Positions 53,734 through 64,000 of a stretch of 64,000 nucleotides of DNA are shown one piece after another (position 1 is the first letter of the stretch; each line of letters opens with the position of its first letter). Origin of the DNA: Parasitella parasitica NRRL 2501 (lineage: Eukaryota; Fungi; Mucoromycota); the NCBI GenBank assembly GCA_025201805.1, contig MU619273.1:124001-188000 (forward strand), read 5' to 3'. The notes under the pieces are model-generated. The model worked only from the letters and a program-made list of their open reading frames with translations, was not told the origin of the DNA and did not search any database. A program made the position numbers and the translations under genes.

Positions 53734-53929
53734 TGCGTGTGTGGTTGTTATATGGTGGTATATTAAACAGAAGAAAAAAGGGGAGGGGGGTGGTTGTGTG
53801 ATGGCATTTTTAAAACAGCCCTTTAATATGAATCTGCATTTTGCGCTATACATATTATTTTTATTAAATCAGGAAAACCCGCTTTTGCATTATTATTATT
53901 ATTATAATCATCACCATCATCATCAACGG

Positions 53930-56540
53930 TTAAATTTCCACAAGTATAATTGTACAATCATCGTAATCTTGCAATTTAGATGCGAAGAAGCCATGAGCCC
54001 CTTCTCTGTTGGCAAAGTATCTAGCAGAATGAACAAGCGTACGTTCTCTAATTTTGCGTGCTCGGAGATCCTCCTCGTCTAATTCTTTATGCAAGAGAGG
54101 CGCTGGTGGCAATGGCTCCTCATTTTCTGTTTGCTGCGGTGCTTTCAATTCAACGCTCATGGGAGATCCAGCTTGCTCTTCATGCATCGTTGTGAAACTA
54201 TCACCGTTTACAATGTCAATATGACCACCTTCTTCAACTACACTGGCAGCTTCCTTTCCAAGTCTTTTCTTTGCAGTGTAGTCTTGTTTCAACTTTTCTT
54301 CTTCGTCCAGTAGATAGTGACCAATCTTCTCGCCATCTTCAATCATAGGACCCAGTGTCTTGGCAATAGCTTTATTCTGTCTGTCTGCCGTTTCTTCGTA
54401 CATGTAGTCAAAGGTACCGTCTGTGCTCATAAACAAAAAGTGCCTTCGCTTCTCTTTGTTCGGGCCATTTCTGATGGTTGTGCGAGAACCTCTTCTTGTA
54501 TCTGCTATGCGGATAAATGTGACATCAGGTTCACATGAAATGATTTTGCGGTCTGGATCCATCTTGAAGTCTAAATCACCACAGGAACGCGCTACGTTCA
54601 GCGAAGGTACTCGATCTCGATCCCGTTCCTCTGTTGCTCCAAACCGACTATTAGAACTGTGCCCTTCTGTTTTCGGTGAGAATATTGACGGATCAGTTCC
54701 TGTCTGATAATCCTTGGGCCTAATCCTTGCATTCTTGAGAGATATACGTTTAGCATGTCGATTTTTGTCCTCCCTCAACTTGTCCACGTCTACTTTAATG
54801 ACCCTGTTTTGAACAGAATCCACAAACTCGCCACCATTCTCCAAGATGTGGCGGGCCAAGTGCTCCAAGTAGGGTTTATGGTCTTGTGAAGCGAATTCAA
54901 CATCAAAATTATAGTCTTTATCGATGCCGACAGTGTATGGTGTAGTTACAGGTAGCGGGGTACTAGGTTCAGGAGCAGAAATTAATACTGAACGAGAGTC
55001 TCCAATATTCACATTAATGAGCCATTCGCCAAAGAACAAATTCAGAATAAGCGTACATCCATCATTATCTACCTTTTCGTTCAGGTTCTCTTTAGATGCC
55101 ATCTGTTGTCGCTTTATATCCAGATAACTGTCGTCCAATTGTTGAATCATGGTTTTTATATTCTTTTCTAGTTTTGCTCGTACGGTTGGATCGTTCAGTT
55201 TTGAAGGGACAAACTTTGAGCATACGGCCTGAACAGCCTGAGGCGTCTTTCTCACAAAGTATTCAGAGCAACCTGGGCCTCCATGGCCATCCGCCAACAC
55301 AAACAAACGCCCTACCACTCGCTTGTTTTTGGATATATCACTGACTCTATATTTGTCTTCGCAATGTATTTTGGGAATCTTAATTTTTTCATGCGAGCGA
55401 AAACGAGGGTATGAATAGCCTTTTTGTTGGACAATGGCAAAATTGCTGGCTACGTTGTACTCTGTGAAATTGATCGGGTCGATGTAATCTAGGTCTGCTG
55501 TAGGAGGTGAGAATACTAAAGAGTAGCTTGCTATTGTATCTTCAATCACTTCTGGCTGTTGTGGTGGTTGTAGTGGCACTGCCTTTGGTCCCTGTGAAGC
55601 GCCCAAAAGTTCCTCATAGTCAGACCCTAATCCCATTGAATCAAAGCTCCTATGTTAATTTTTTTTTTTTTTTTTAAAAAAAAAGGCCATTTTATAATTG
55701 ATTTAAAACGTACGCTGCATCATCGCTGCTTTCATAGTCATTTCCGCCGTCATCGTCTTTGTAAATTGGCACTTGCATTTGCTCTTCGAGAGATTGATCA
55801 CCTTCCACATCGATATCAGATTGGCTTGCTGATTCAGCTGGTATTGATTCGGTTATCGTTGGTGTTGAATCTTTGACAGCGTCTTTAGCTACATTATGTT
55901 TTGGCTTTTTGGCTTGTGGTCTTTTCCTAGTCTTTGCTGATACTCGTAACTTTTCGGTTGGCTTATATACGTCTGGTGCTTTGCGCTGGCGTTTTCCTGA
56001 ATATGAAATGTGGCTGTAAGGCAGTACAGGAAGTACCGTAACTGGTTCATCTGGAACTGTTTTCATTCTGGGTAGAACAGCATTGCCGACAAGTTCGTCT
56101 GAAAGCTTGTATTTAGTTTGTTTCCTTGCATCATCCCGCACGATGGAGAATGGATCTATAAGCTTTGCAGTTCTACATATTCCTCTTGAAGAAGATACAA
56201 TCCCTTGAATAGTGCTTCTTGGTGTTTCGCCTCTACATACCAATATAAAATAAAAAAAATTTAAAAAAAAAAAAATAAAAAAAAAAGAAAGCCAAGCATG
56301 AAAGCACACGCGCTTTTGTATATGGACTGTAAAGTATTACCTCAACGGCAGTAATTCCAAAGCTCGTACACAATTTACTATCTCTCCGGCTGTTAATGCT
56401 TGATTCCCGTAATAGAAAATGGTAGCAGCGACTTTCATAAAAGAACTATTTGCTCTTAGCTGATCACAGATGTTTAGTCCCTTGAGCTCAGTATCGAGAG
56501 GCTCATGCTCAATTTTTCCTGATTCTGTATCTGTTGCCAT
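53930..56540 (-). CDS. Fusion protein: N-terminal HARE-HTH-like winged helix, basic/acidic linker, and PP2C (PPM) Ser/Thr phosphatase; 3 exons (56540-56341, 56232-55714, 55649-53930)
   Basis: PP2C motifs ADGHGG, DGCT, NIGDSR, DHKP, LNVARSCGD, STDGTFD and DDCTIILV. N-terminal SFMKVAATIF....ALTAGEIV..V....L..LRGETPRSTIQGIVS. Canonical introns at 56233-56340 and 55650-55713 keep one frame. The PP2C call is very secure; the fusion is inferred from splice signals. Confidence 0.8.
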
Positions 56541-57910
56541 TATCTCTATTCTTTTTGGAGAAATGATAAAAAAAAAAGGCCTGATATATACTTCTGGACA
56601 TTGATTTCTTATTAGGGTGCGAGCGTGCTGTGTGTGCACCCCTTTGCAGTCACTGCAGGCGTTGTAGGTGGAGGCGTTTATCGCTTGACTCTGCTTGCCA
56701 GATCTTGCAGAAAATAATCCTAAAAGGGTCCAAATAGCAACTATGTATTTTTTCAAAGATCCATAAGTGTTGAAGAAACTGCCATAATTAAAGTTATAAT
56801 CTGAAATTCAGGTTTCCTTTTCTAATCATTTGTTGATTTGAAAACGAAAGGAACATTGGATAAGCCAGGGGAATCATTGACAAAGCAACTGAAGCCAACG
56901 ATAGCTACAAATTGGCATTATTAAATACTGTATATAGTTTGCCCGGTGCTGATTACTTGCGCAACTTTTGTTACAAGTTGTGTTCAAGTTTTTACGTATC
57001 AATTTTTGCGTATTCTGGATGAAATGCGGCTTAATGTTGCTTACAATAATGTTGGTCAGTCGATCAGTTCGCCTGTTACATTTTCTTTCAAAGCACAGAG
57101 TCTTTAGCTGGTTGTTTTTAGCGTTCAACATATTTTTGAACACTTATGGCTGGTATACAGCATGCTGATACTTTACCTATGAAAGGTAGTGAGTATTTAT
57201 ACACAACAGGGAGGAAATTTGTCATTTTTACGACAAATTTAGCACCTCTGTTTTCCCACATCATACTCTTCAACTGTGTAATTATTGCCTTGTAAACTAG
57301 TTGGCCTTTGCCGTGATCTAACAAGCTTGACGGTGTCTCATATCTTTACCATCCACGCTCTTACAACATAAGCAAAGAAATAGTCGAAGACATATCAATC
57401 ATTGCATGATAGTACCTGAACAGAATGCCCAAAGTCTCTCTCAAGACCGTCTTGGTATTGAAAATATCTACGTGCAAGTTGTTTAGACAAGTTCTAACCA
57501 AGGCATAACCTGTAACTGACAAATTCCGAATTAGAGCTTCATTTTGATACTCTCTGTGGTAAGATTAGTGTTAATGCTTTTCTATTCACGGCCTTTATTT
57601 TTTCACTCAAAGCTGTTTTTACTTCTGTTGGCACTAATTACCAACATACAATTTCAATATCTTCTCCTAATTATCTCATAGATCAATAATAATAGCATAT
57701 TTTACACATTTCTTGAGACATTGAATACAAAATAAAGTTTTATATTCGACAAATAAAATAAATCAGTAAATCAAGACGTTATAAAAGTTATTGCTGTCTT
57801 TACTGTTCGAATCATTATCGCCTTGAAATATATGAAATAATCTGGCGTAGAAATCCGAGGAGAATGCGACTTGAGAAATCAAAGGTGTGTATTTCTAAAC
57901 TCTTTACTCC

Positions 57911-59878
57911 ATGGTTCGAATCAAGAAACAAGAGATTCCAGAGCACGAGAAGGAAGGTACGACTACAAACCTTTTCTGACACACTATTTTCAACATGTCA
58001 TTTTGAAAAGTTGCATCTTATTCACTAACCTGTGCCACTACAGAAAATCGAAAGATTAGTTTTGCTTCTTGTTACAAAAGCCTGAGGAGCCGGAAACATG
58101 TTACAGTTCCATCTTATGTTCAAAGCGAACCTCAACTGGTATAAATTGACGTTGCATATTTCTTGGCGTGCATTTGTTAAAAAGTGAACTAGACCAAGCT
58201 TAGACAGTTTAAACAACAAGATGTGTATGGCTATTATGCGGACAAGGAATACGAAGCATTCAAGATCGAGTTAGCTGGGTAAGATAAAAAAAGGGATTGC
58301 TTTTACAAGATCTTTTCTGATCTATATGCGTTTATTCAGTGATAAAATAAATACTGTGTGTAAAGATAATGCATTCAGTGAACAAGTAACACGAGCTGAG
58401 CAAGTCCTCATTGAGCAGCGAGTTGCTTTACAGCAACAGCAGTTCAAGGAATTTGAGAAAAGAGAGAGGATCGACAAGATTAGAAGAGTCAAGAGTGTAT
58501 ACAAGTATTTAACAAATGAGGAAATTATAGCAATACTGGAAGAAAGCGGTAATAATGAGGTATGTGTGTGTCTGACACGACTATATGTGCATTGCATATA
58601 TGCTAAGTGACCCTAGCAAGAAGCCATCGTCCGCCTGACTCAGCCCGCTTACTTGTGTACAATTCTTAAATCTATTGCCTTAAAACATGCCACTGAAGTT
58701 GAGACAAATGAAAATGCTATGAATGAGGAGCAGCAATCAATCTACGCCCAAACTTTACAGATGCATTCCAAGACACTTGAGAAAATAACTGATGGGTTAG
58801 CTAAACAGTAAGTTTATCGACACGTTGGCTCTCACCTACTGCTAACATATACACATAGACCGCATGGCACAGGCCAAGGCCGCTTTGGTTTAGATGAAGC
58901 GCTTAAACAAATGCGAAACAACAGCGATGGTTATCTGTTTGAAGGTTGGTCATCTGCCCGTATCCGTGCCTATCAAATGGCCCAGCAGAACCCTAACAGC
59001 TATTACTATCGCTTCAACGCACCAGGAGAAGAACAGCGAAAAGGAAAATGGACTGAGGAGGAACGCACGATGTTTCATCAGCGGCTTGAACAGGTTGGAT
59101 CCAACGGTCAATGGGGGATATTCTCCATAAAGATCCCTGGAAGAGTAGGCTACCAGTGCTCCAACTTTTATCGCCTATTGGTGGAGACAAACAAAATCCA
59201 GGATCCAAACTATGTCCTAGATGAATATGGGAAGGCGCACTATTTGTTTGAGAAAAAGAGGATGGATAGTAGCACCAAAAATATTATCCGTACGCATAGG
59301 AAACATGGATCGAGGACTCATGCTGTGTTGGCGTCAGCAACAGCTGAGAGTTGTCACGAAACCCCATCTAGTGCAAAGGAGCCCACTGCTTCCAACAGAC
59401 ACAGAAAAAAGCGAAAGATGTGGAGCAGCGAAGAAGGGGATTGCGAGGACAAGTCTGGCACGTTTAAACTGAGATCAAGTACACGAGTCAAAGGTTAAGA
59501 GCAAAAGATTGTAAATTCTCTGCCTGGGTTTATGGACCCTATTACGCTGGAGGAGGTGGTCAAACCAGCCATTTCTACTTACGGTCATGTTATGGGGTAA
59601 GTGGAAGCATGGGCCGCCTAATTTTTACTAAAAAAAGCTACACGTGTATTTATGGAAACAGTTATGACAGTTGGGTGCGCTGCCTTACCAATTGGGAAGG
59701 CAAGAAGAGTGTTTGTCCTTTAACCAAGAGGCCACTGACAAGGAGAGATTTGAGTGAGTTTCTCTGGCGGAAAACAGCACTAAAAAGACAACTAAAGGTT
59801 GTTTTTTTTTTTTGTATTTCTGTAGCTATTTTAATAGTGGAAAACATTGAAGCATATCAAGACAAAATAATCCAATAA
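57911..59878 (+). CDS. CUE-like, Myb-like and U-box-like protein, multi-exon, interrupted by one in-frame TAA at 59496-59498 (possible pseudogene or truncated allele)
   Basis: YKYLTNEEIIAILEESGNNEQEAIVRL (CUE-like), NPNSYYYRFNAPGEEQRKGKWTEEE...WGIFS..IPGRVGYQCSNFYR (Myb-like), and LPGFMDPITLEEVVKPAISTYGHVMGYDSW.RCL...CPLTKRPL (U-box-like). Confidence 0.78.
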
Positions 59879-60005
59879 ACAAAAAAGCATGTCCTGCACA
59901 CATGCACACATGCACACAACAAAGTATATAAATACCCTGCTTCCCTTTTTACTTGGCTTTTCATATTTCTTTTTTTTTTTCTTTGCCCCCCCCCCCTTTA
60001 TTTTA

Positions 60006-61417
60006 ATGGATCGAAACCCAATCCTTATACCAGAAATAAGCCTTATTCTCTGCTCATTTGTAGACAGCAGAGATCTGCTTAACCTTGCACTCACATGTAG
60101 GGCGCTTTATCATTCGTCCTGCTTGCGACTATGGAACACCTTGGACCCACAATCACAGCGGATATTACGTAAAGTCAAAAACACATTGAATTATACAAAC
60201 ATGTACAACAAGTACGTTTGGAAATTCTGCCTGTCGACCAAGCTAAACATCAACCATCTGGAGAGGTTGTTTTTTGACAACTTTATCTTTCCAAACCTTA
60301 GGGAGCTGGAGTTCTCCAATGCTGCTGCACAAGATCACATCCTGTATCCAATGATCGCAGGCGCTAAAAAGTCGCTCTCGTCGCTCGATCTTTCTAAATG
60401 CTACTGCCTGTCTACCGCTGTAATCAAGCCACTACTCACCATGTCTCCCCATCAATTGGAGTCCTTGGTGTTGTATGGTTGCGGCAAGATGAACCTTCAA
60501 GTCTTGGCGGATATCATCAGCCGCCATTGCAATTCATTAAAACGACTGCGGCTTACAGATGTGAACGATGCTATCGTAGACGCAATCCAAAAATGTAAAA
60601 AGCTGGTCGACCTTGGGCTCGAGCATTGCAGTGATACCATGTTGTCCAGTGCGGCTTTAATCCGCCTTTTTACCAGCCTGTCAACACATCAGGTGCAGCT
60701 AACGCATCTTCGGTTGCGCGACATCAGCAGCCTCACTAGCCAGCATTTGCGCATCATTGCCAAAGCGCCTACTATTCAAACTTCACTAGTCTATTTCGAC
60801 ATGAGCGAGTGCAACCGGATTAGCCCCGAGGGTGTTTCTTGGCTCGCCACTGAATGCATCAATCTGGAAAACCTACTGCTGGCTTATCAAGAGGGTGTTA
60901 CTAATCAAGCAGTACAGGCAAGTTTGTTGCAAAAGTCCACATATCCAAACTCTATTAGTAATCGAGATTGCCGTAGCTATTCATTCAGAACTGTCATCGA
61001 TTGAAGCATGTGGATGTCTCTGGATGCCGACTTCTGACCGATCATGCGTTTTTTCCTCTTCTCGACGCTTTGGATGATAGCCTTGAAACACTCAACATCA
61101 GTGGTCTGGACATGTTATCGCTATCTTTGATACGCCAGCTGCTCAATAAAATCAGCTCGTTGCAGGAGCTGTGCTTGGGTGTAGCCTACGATCTAGATGA
61201 AGCAGACCAAATCTTGCACACAATCAACAGCGCCAGCTCCCACATCCGATTTTATATACACATCGACAAGTTTTGCACAATATGCAGGCTACCGTCGCAT
61301 ACCACGCCTCCCAGTAACGCCGCTAGAAAACTGCCGTTGCTAACGGAAAGCCAAGACGACATGGGAAACTTTACGAGACTACCATCGCCATCCACTTGGA
61401 ACATACCACCGCTGTAA
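60006..61417 (+). CDS. F-box/leucine-rich-repeat (RNI-like) protein, 2 exons
   Basis: F-box LIPEISLILCSFVDSRDLLNLALTCRALY..LW, and LRRs LSSLDLSKC, LESLVLYGC, LVYFDMSECNRI and LKHVDVSGC.LLTD. GC-AG intron 60918-60976. Confidence 0.88.
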
Positions 61418-61672
61418 CTGTACAGAAAACTTGATCGCATGCATTCCACTGCAAAAAAAAAAAAACTCCCTCCCCTCCCCCTTCCATGTAAAATTCACAT
61501 TTTGTTAATAAAAACACAGGATGTACACAATTCATATGACTCTTGGTTCAGTAATATGGCTACCAAATGCCACAGAGCAGTCATCATCATATATTCGTGC
61601 CAAATGCCGTAAAGATAGCACACAATACTTTGTGTATTAGGGTTGTTTATTTGTTTATAAATGCCATATTCC

Positions 61673-63582
61673 CTAGTATAATGTCACAATTTCATCGCCC
61701 ATCAGATCAAACGATACGCCAGTTGGTTGCGCTTCGACCGCATAAGGCAACGAAATCGTCAACACTATAGTATCAGTGTATTCAATAAAAGTAGTTGTAG
61801 AGTGAACAGTTTTAACTTTCGTAAGAGGTATTGTTGTAGTTATGACTTCTTTGGCATGGTGAGTTCTGGTCGCTGTCCCGACGTACGTTGTCAGTGTTGT
61901 TTTGGGGCGCCCGCGCATCTTGTTCAAGTCATTCAAGAGTTCTCCCATAGGGATTTCGGGAGGAGGGGCTGGCCTGGCCCTCAAAAAAGCCTCAATTTTT
62001 GCAGGATTCGCCGGATTCGCCGGATTCACAGCGAGCTCATCTTGTGTTGGAGGCGCCAAACCAAGAGCAAGAGAATCAGCAAAGAAGTTTTGAGGATGAA
62101 TGGCTTGTGATGCAGAATTTTGTTCACCAAGTATGCTCTCTTCACTAATTAAAGATTCAGCAACCGTAGCAGCGAAAGATGCTCCACTATTACTTTCATC
62201 AACAAATACACCGTTTCCTTCGTTGCTCAAAGGAAATAACTGCCGCCCTTTGCGAATAGTCCACTCCAAGTAGTCATCATCTTCTTCTTTTGATTCTTCT
62301 GTATCACCCACATCATTTCTTCTCAGATAAGGCCAGCATAATGCAGATGCTGCATGGCACGATGGTTCCACAGCCTCAAAATCATATAAGCTTGCACCAT
62401 TAGTCTTATAATTGGCGGCAATCAGCTGGCCTGCAAACCCTCCCGCCGATCCATCAATCACATTGCCTTGAATTCCACAACAATTTAGGTCTTTTTATCC
62501 GGGCATACACTAACCATACCTACCATAAGGCATTAAAAATGTGCCGCCGATCAAGCTGTTGATGTTTCTAGTTACAGTAAACGACTGTTCGCTGCTTTCG
62601 TCTATGAAACCGTCCTCATCTACTGTAAAAAAGTTCCAGACAGTGTTGCATGCTGGCAACTTGCTAGTAAAGCCTTGAAAACCAGCGAGTTCAAACGTAG
62701 AATTCCGGACAACTGGGATCTAAAAAGCCTGTCAGCAACGCTGCTTGCCGTATTATACAGCACACTCACATTCAAGATCACTGGTTTGTCGACTGGCCAT
62801 TGGACTGCATGTTGGTCTTGCGCAAATGCGCCCGGATGTGATAAATGCTGCATTTCGCTCGAAATGCTGCATTCAGCGCTGTTTTGACAAGAGGCGAAAT
62901 TAAAATAATAATATTTGTCATTTTTGTGTGGACGCAACGATTTGATATTCCCATCCTTTGACAAATGGTGGGTTGCCTTTTGCAATGCGAGATACAGCGA
63001 TGTTTTTTTGGCAGTATTCTCATAGTCTGACATGGACAGCGTATTATGCTGGCTGGGGTTGTTGACCAGCAATCGACAGGATTGCACTGGACGCACTAGA
63101 CTATCAAGGATATTCTTGCCGTAGCCGTAGACCTGGATCGAACCTGATATAATAGAGTCTCTGATTTGGTAGTTCTGCTTTGTGTGATCCATCCTGCTCA
63201 TGTAGAGACCGTACTCTGTTAACGGCACAGTTTCGTTGTACAGCGAAGTGCAGTTCATTTTGCCCTTACTGTTAACGTAGTAGTTCTCTATGGCCAAGTC
63301 TGAGCCAACCATCAATGGCCCATCGATACCGCTTGCAGCCAAACCCCTCTCGACATTTGCCTTGAAATCTTTAAAAACAATGGCGTTCCAATAATTCAAC
63401 TAGACAATTTTTTTCATACTAGCTTAGCCGAATCTGCAGCAAGCGCGTGTGAGTATGTGTTAGTATACCTCTTTTGATTGGCAAAGGATGTCTTTTTCCA
63501 ATGTTAATGGCGTCTTGCCTACAACACAGAGAATCTCATTGAGAAAACTCGTTGCAATCCCAAACAGCAAAAGTCTTTTCAT
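61673..63582 (-). CDS. Secreted protein with a choice-of-anchor-A-like (putative adhesive beta-helix) domain and Thr-rich tail, 4 exons
   Basis: Signal peptide MKRLLLFGIATSFL, WNAIVFKDF...IDGPLMVG..L, VILNIPV...CNTVWNFF, and GGTFLMPYGNVIDG..GGFAGQLIA. Thr-rich C-terminus. Confidence 0.72.
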
Positions 63583-64000
63583 GGCACTGGTTTTCAGAGT
63601 ATGGAACAAAAAACAAAAAAAACAAAAGGAAATTGTAATAATTGCGTATGTATCAATGTTATATGTAGACTGATATTGGTATGTAAAAGTGCCATTCCTT
63701 ATTCCGGATAATCTTAACACCCGGTCAGACACAGTTTCATAATTATGCGTGCATGTTTTGCAAGCGCGTCCAATTTGTTCAAAGCCGCCAGTGTGAATTT
63801 ATCCAGTGTCCTATGCGCCAGGCTCAGCAATTTTATTAGACAAAGTTGCCACACTACCTAATAGTAGTCCTGGAGATGGGTGTTGGAGCAGGTTACTGAT
63901 GCTTGTGCTTGACGCTACGACCGCAGCATCAGGCACACCGTCCTCAAGCGAGGTGGTTTCATTCACCAAATGTTGTCAATTAATCATGCTGAAACTCTAA

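Noticed and set aside
55692-56756. Separate 205-aa and 139-aa hypothetical genes upstream of PP2C
   Set aside because: Better explained as exons 1 and 2 of the HTH-PP2C gene, since canonical introns join them in frame.
56800-57600. Possible TE or pseudogene remnant between divergent genes
   Set aside because: No diagnostic transposase or RT motif in the frames I read.
63806-64000. Coding-like sequence at the window edge
   Set aside because: Short, no motif, and strand and frame are undetermined.

Overview
Gene-dense, intron-rich fungal genomic DNA, about 40% GC by eye. Short introns, long homopolymers and gene content suggest an early-diverging fungus, probably Mucorales; this assignment is inference. 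I reconstructed about 24 spliced protein-coding genes by hand. They include EXO1, a Myb/SANT-like protein, an RBR E3 ligase, a GH9 glycoside hydrolase, RNF10/MAG2, YSC84/SH3YL1, a DUF3605/Gig1 protein, ARO7, a nucleoplasmin-like protein head-to-head with a BRPF/NTO1 gene, a CYSTM protein, BRR6/BRL1, mitoferrin, MRPS12, NRD1/Seb1, RAB3GAP1, DPM1, a CUE-Myb-U-box protein, an F-box/LRR protein and a secreted choice-of-anchor-A-like protein. Degraded DIRS, piggyBac-like and Helitron-like relics lie between genes. The most notable observations are: (1) two ORFs listed separately at 53930-56540 are joined in frame by a canonical 64-nt intron into one HARE-HTH-like winged-helix/PP2C phosphatase fusion gene; (2) the NRD1/Seb1 gene has a 700-nt intron with a nested long-range stem enclosing TGTA and AATAAA, a candidate autoregulatory termination switch; (3) the GH9 catalytic-base motif DAGD is replaced by EAAN; (4) a single in-frame TAA separates the Myb domain from the U-box in an otherwise intact gene; (5) several GC-AG introns are present, two of them in frame and stop-free. 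No tRNA, rRNA or CRISPR array was recognised. Domain calls come from motif recall, not database searches.
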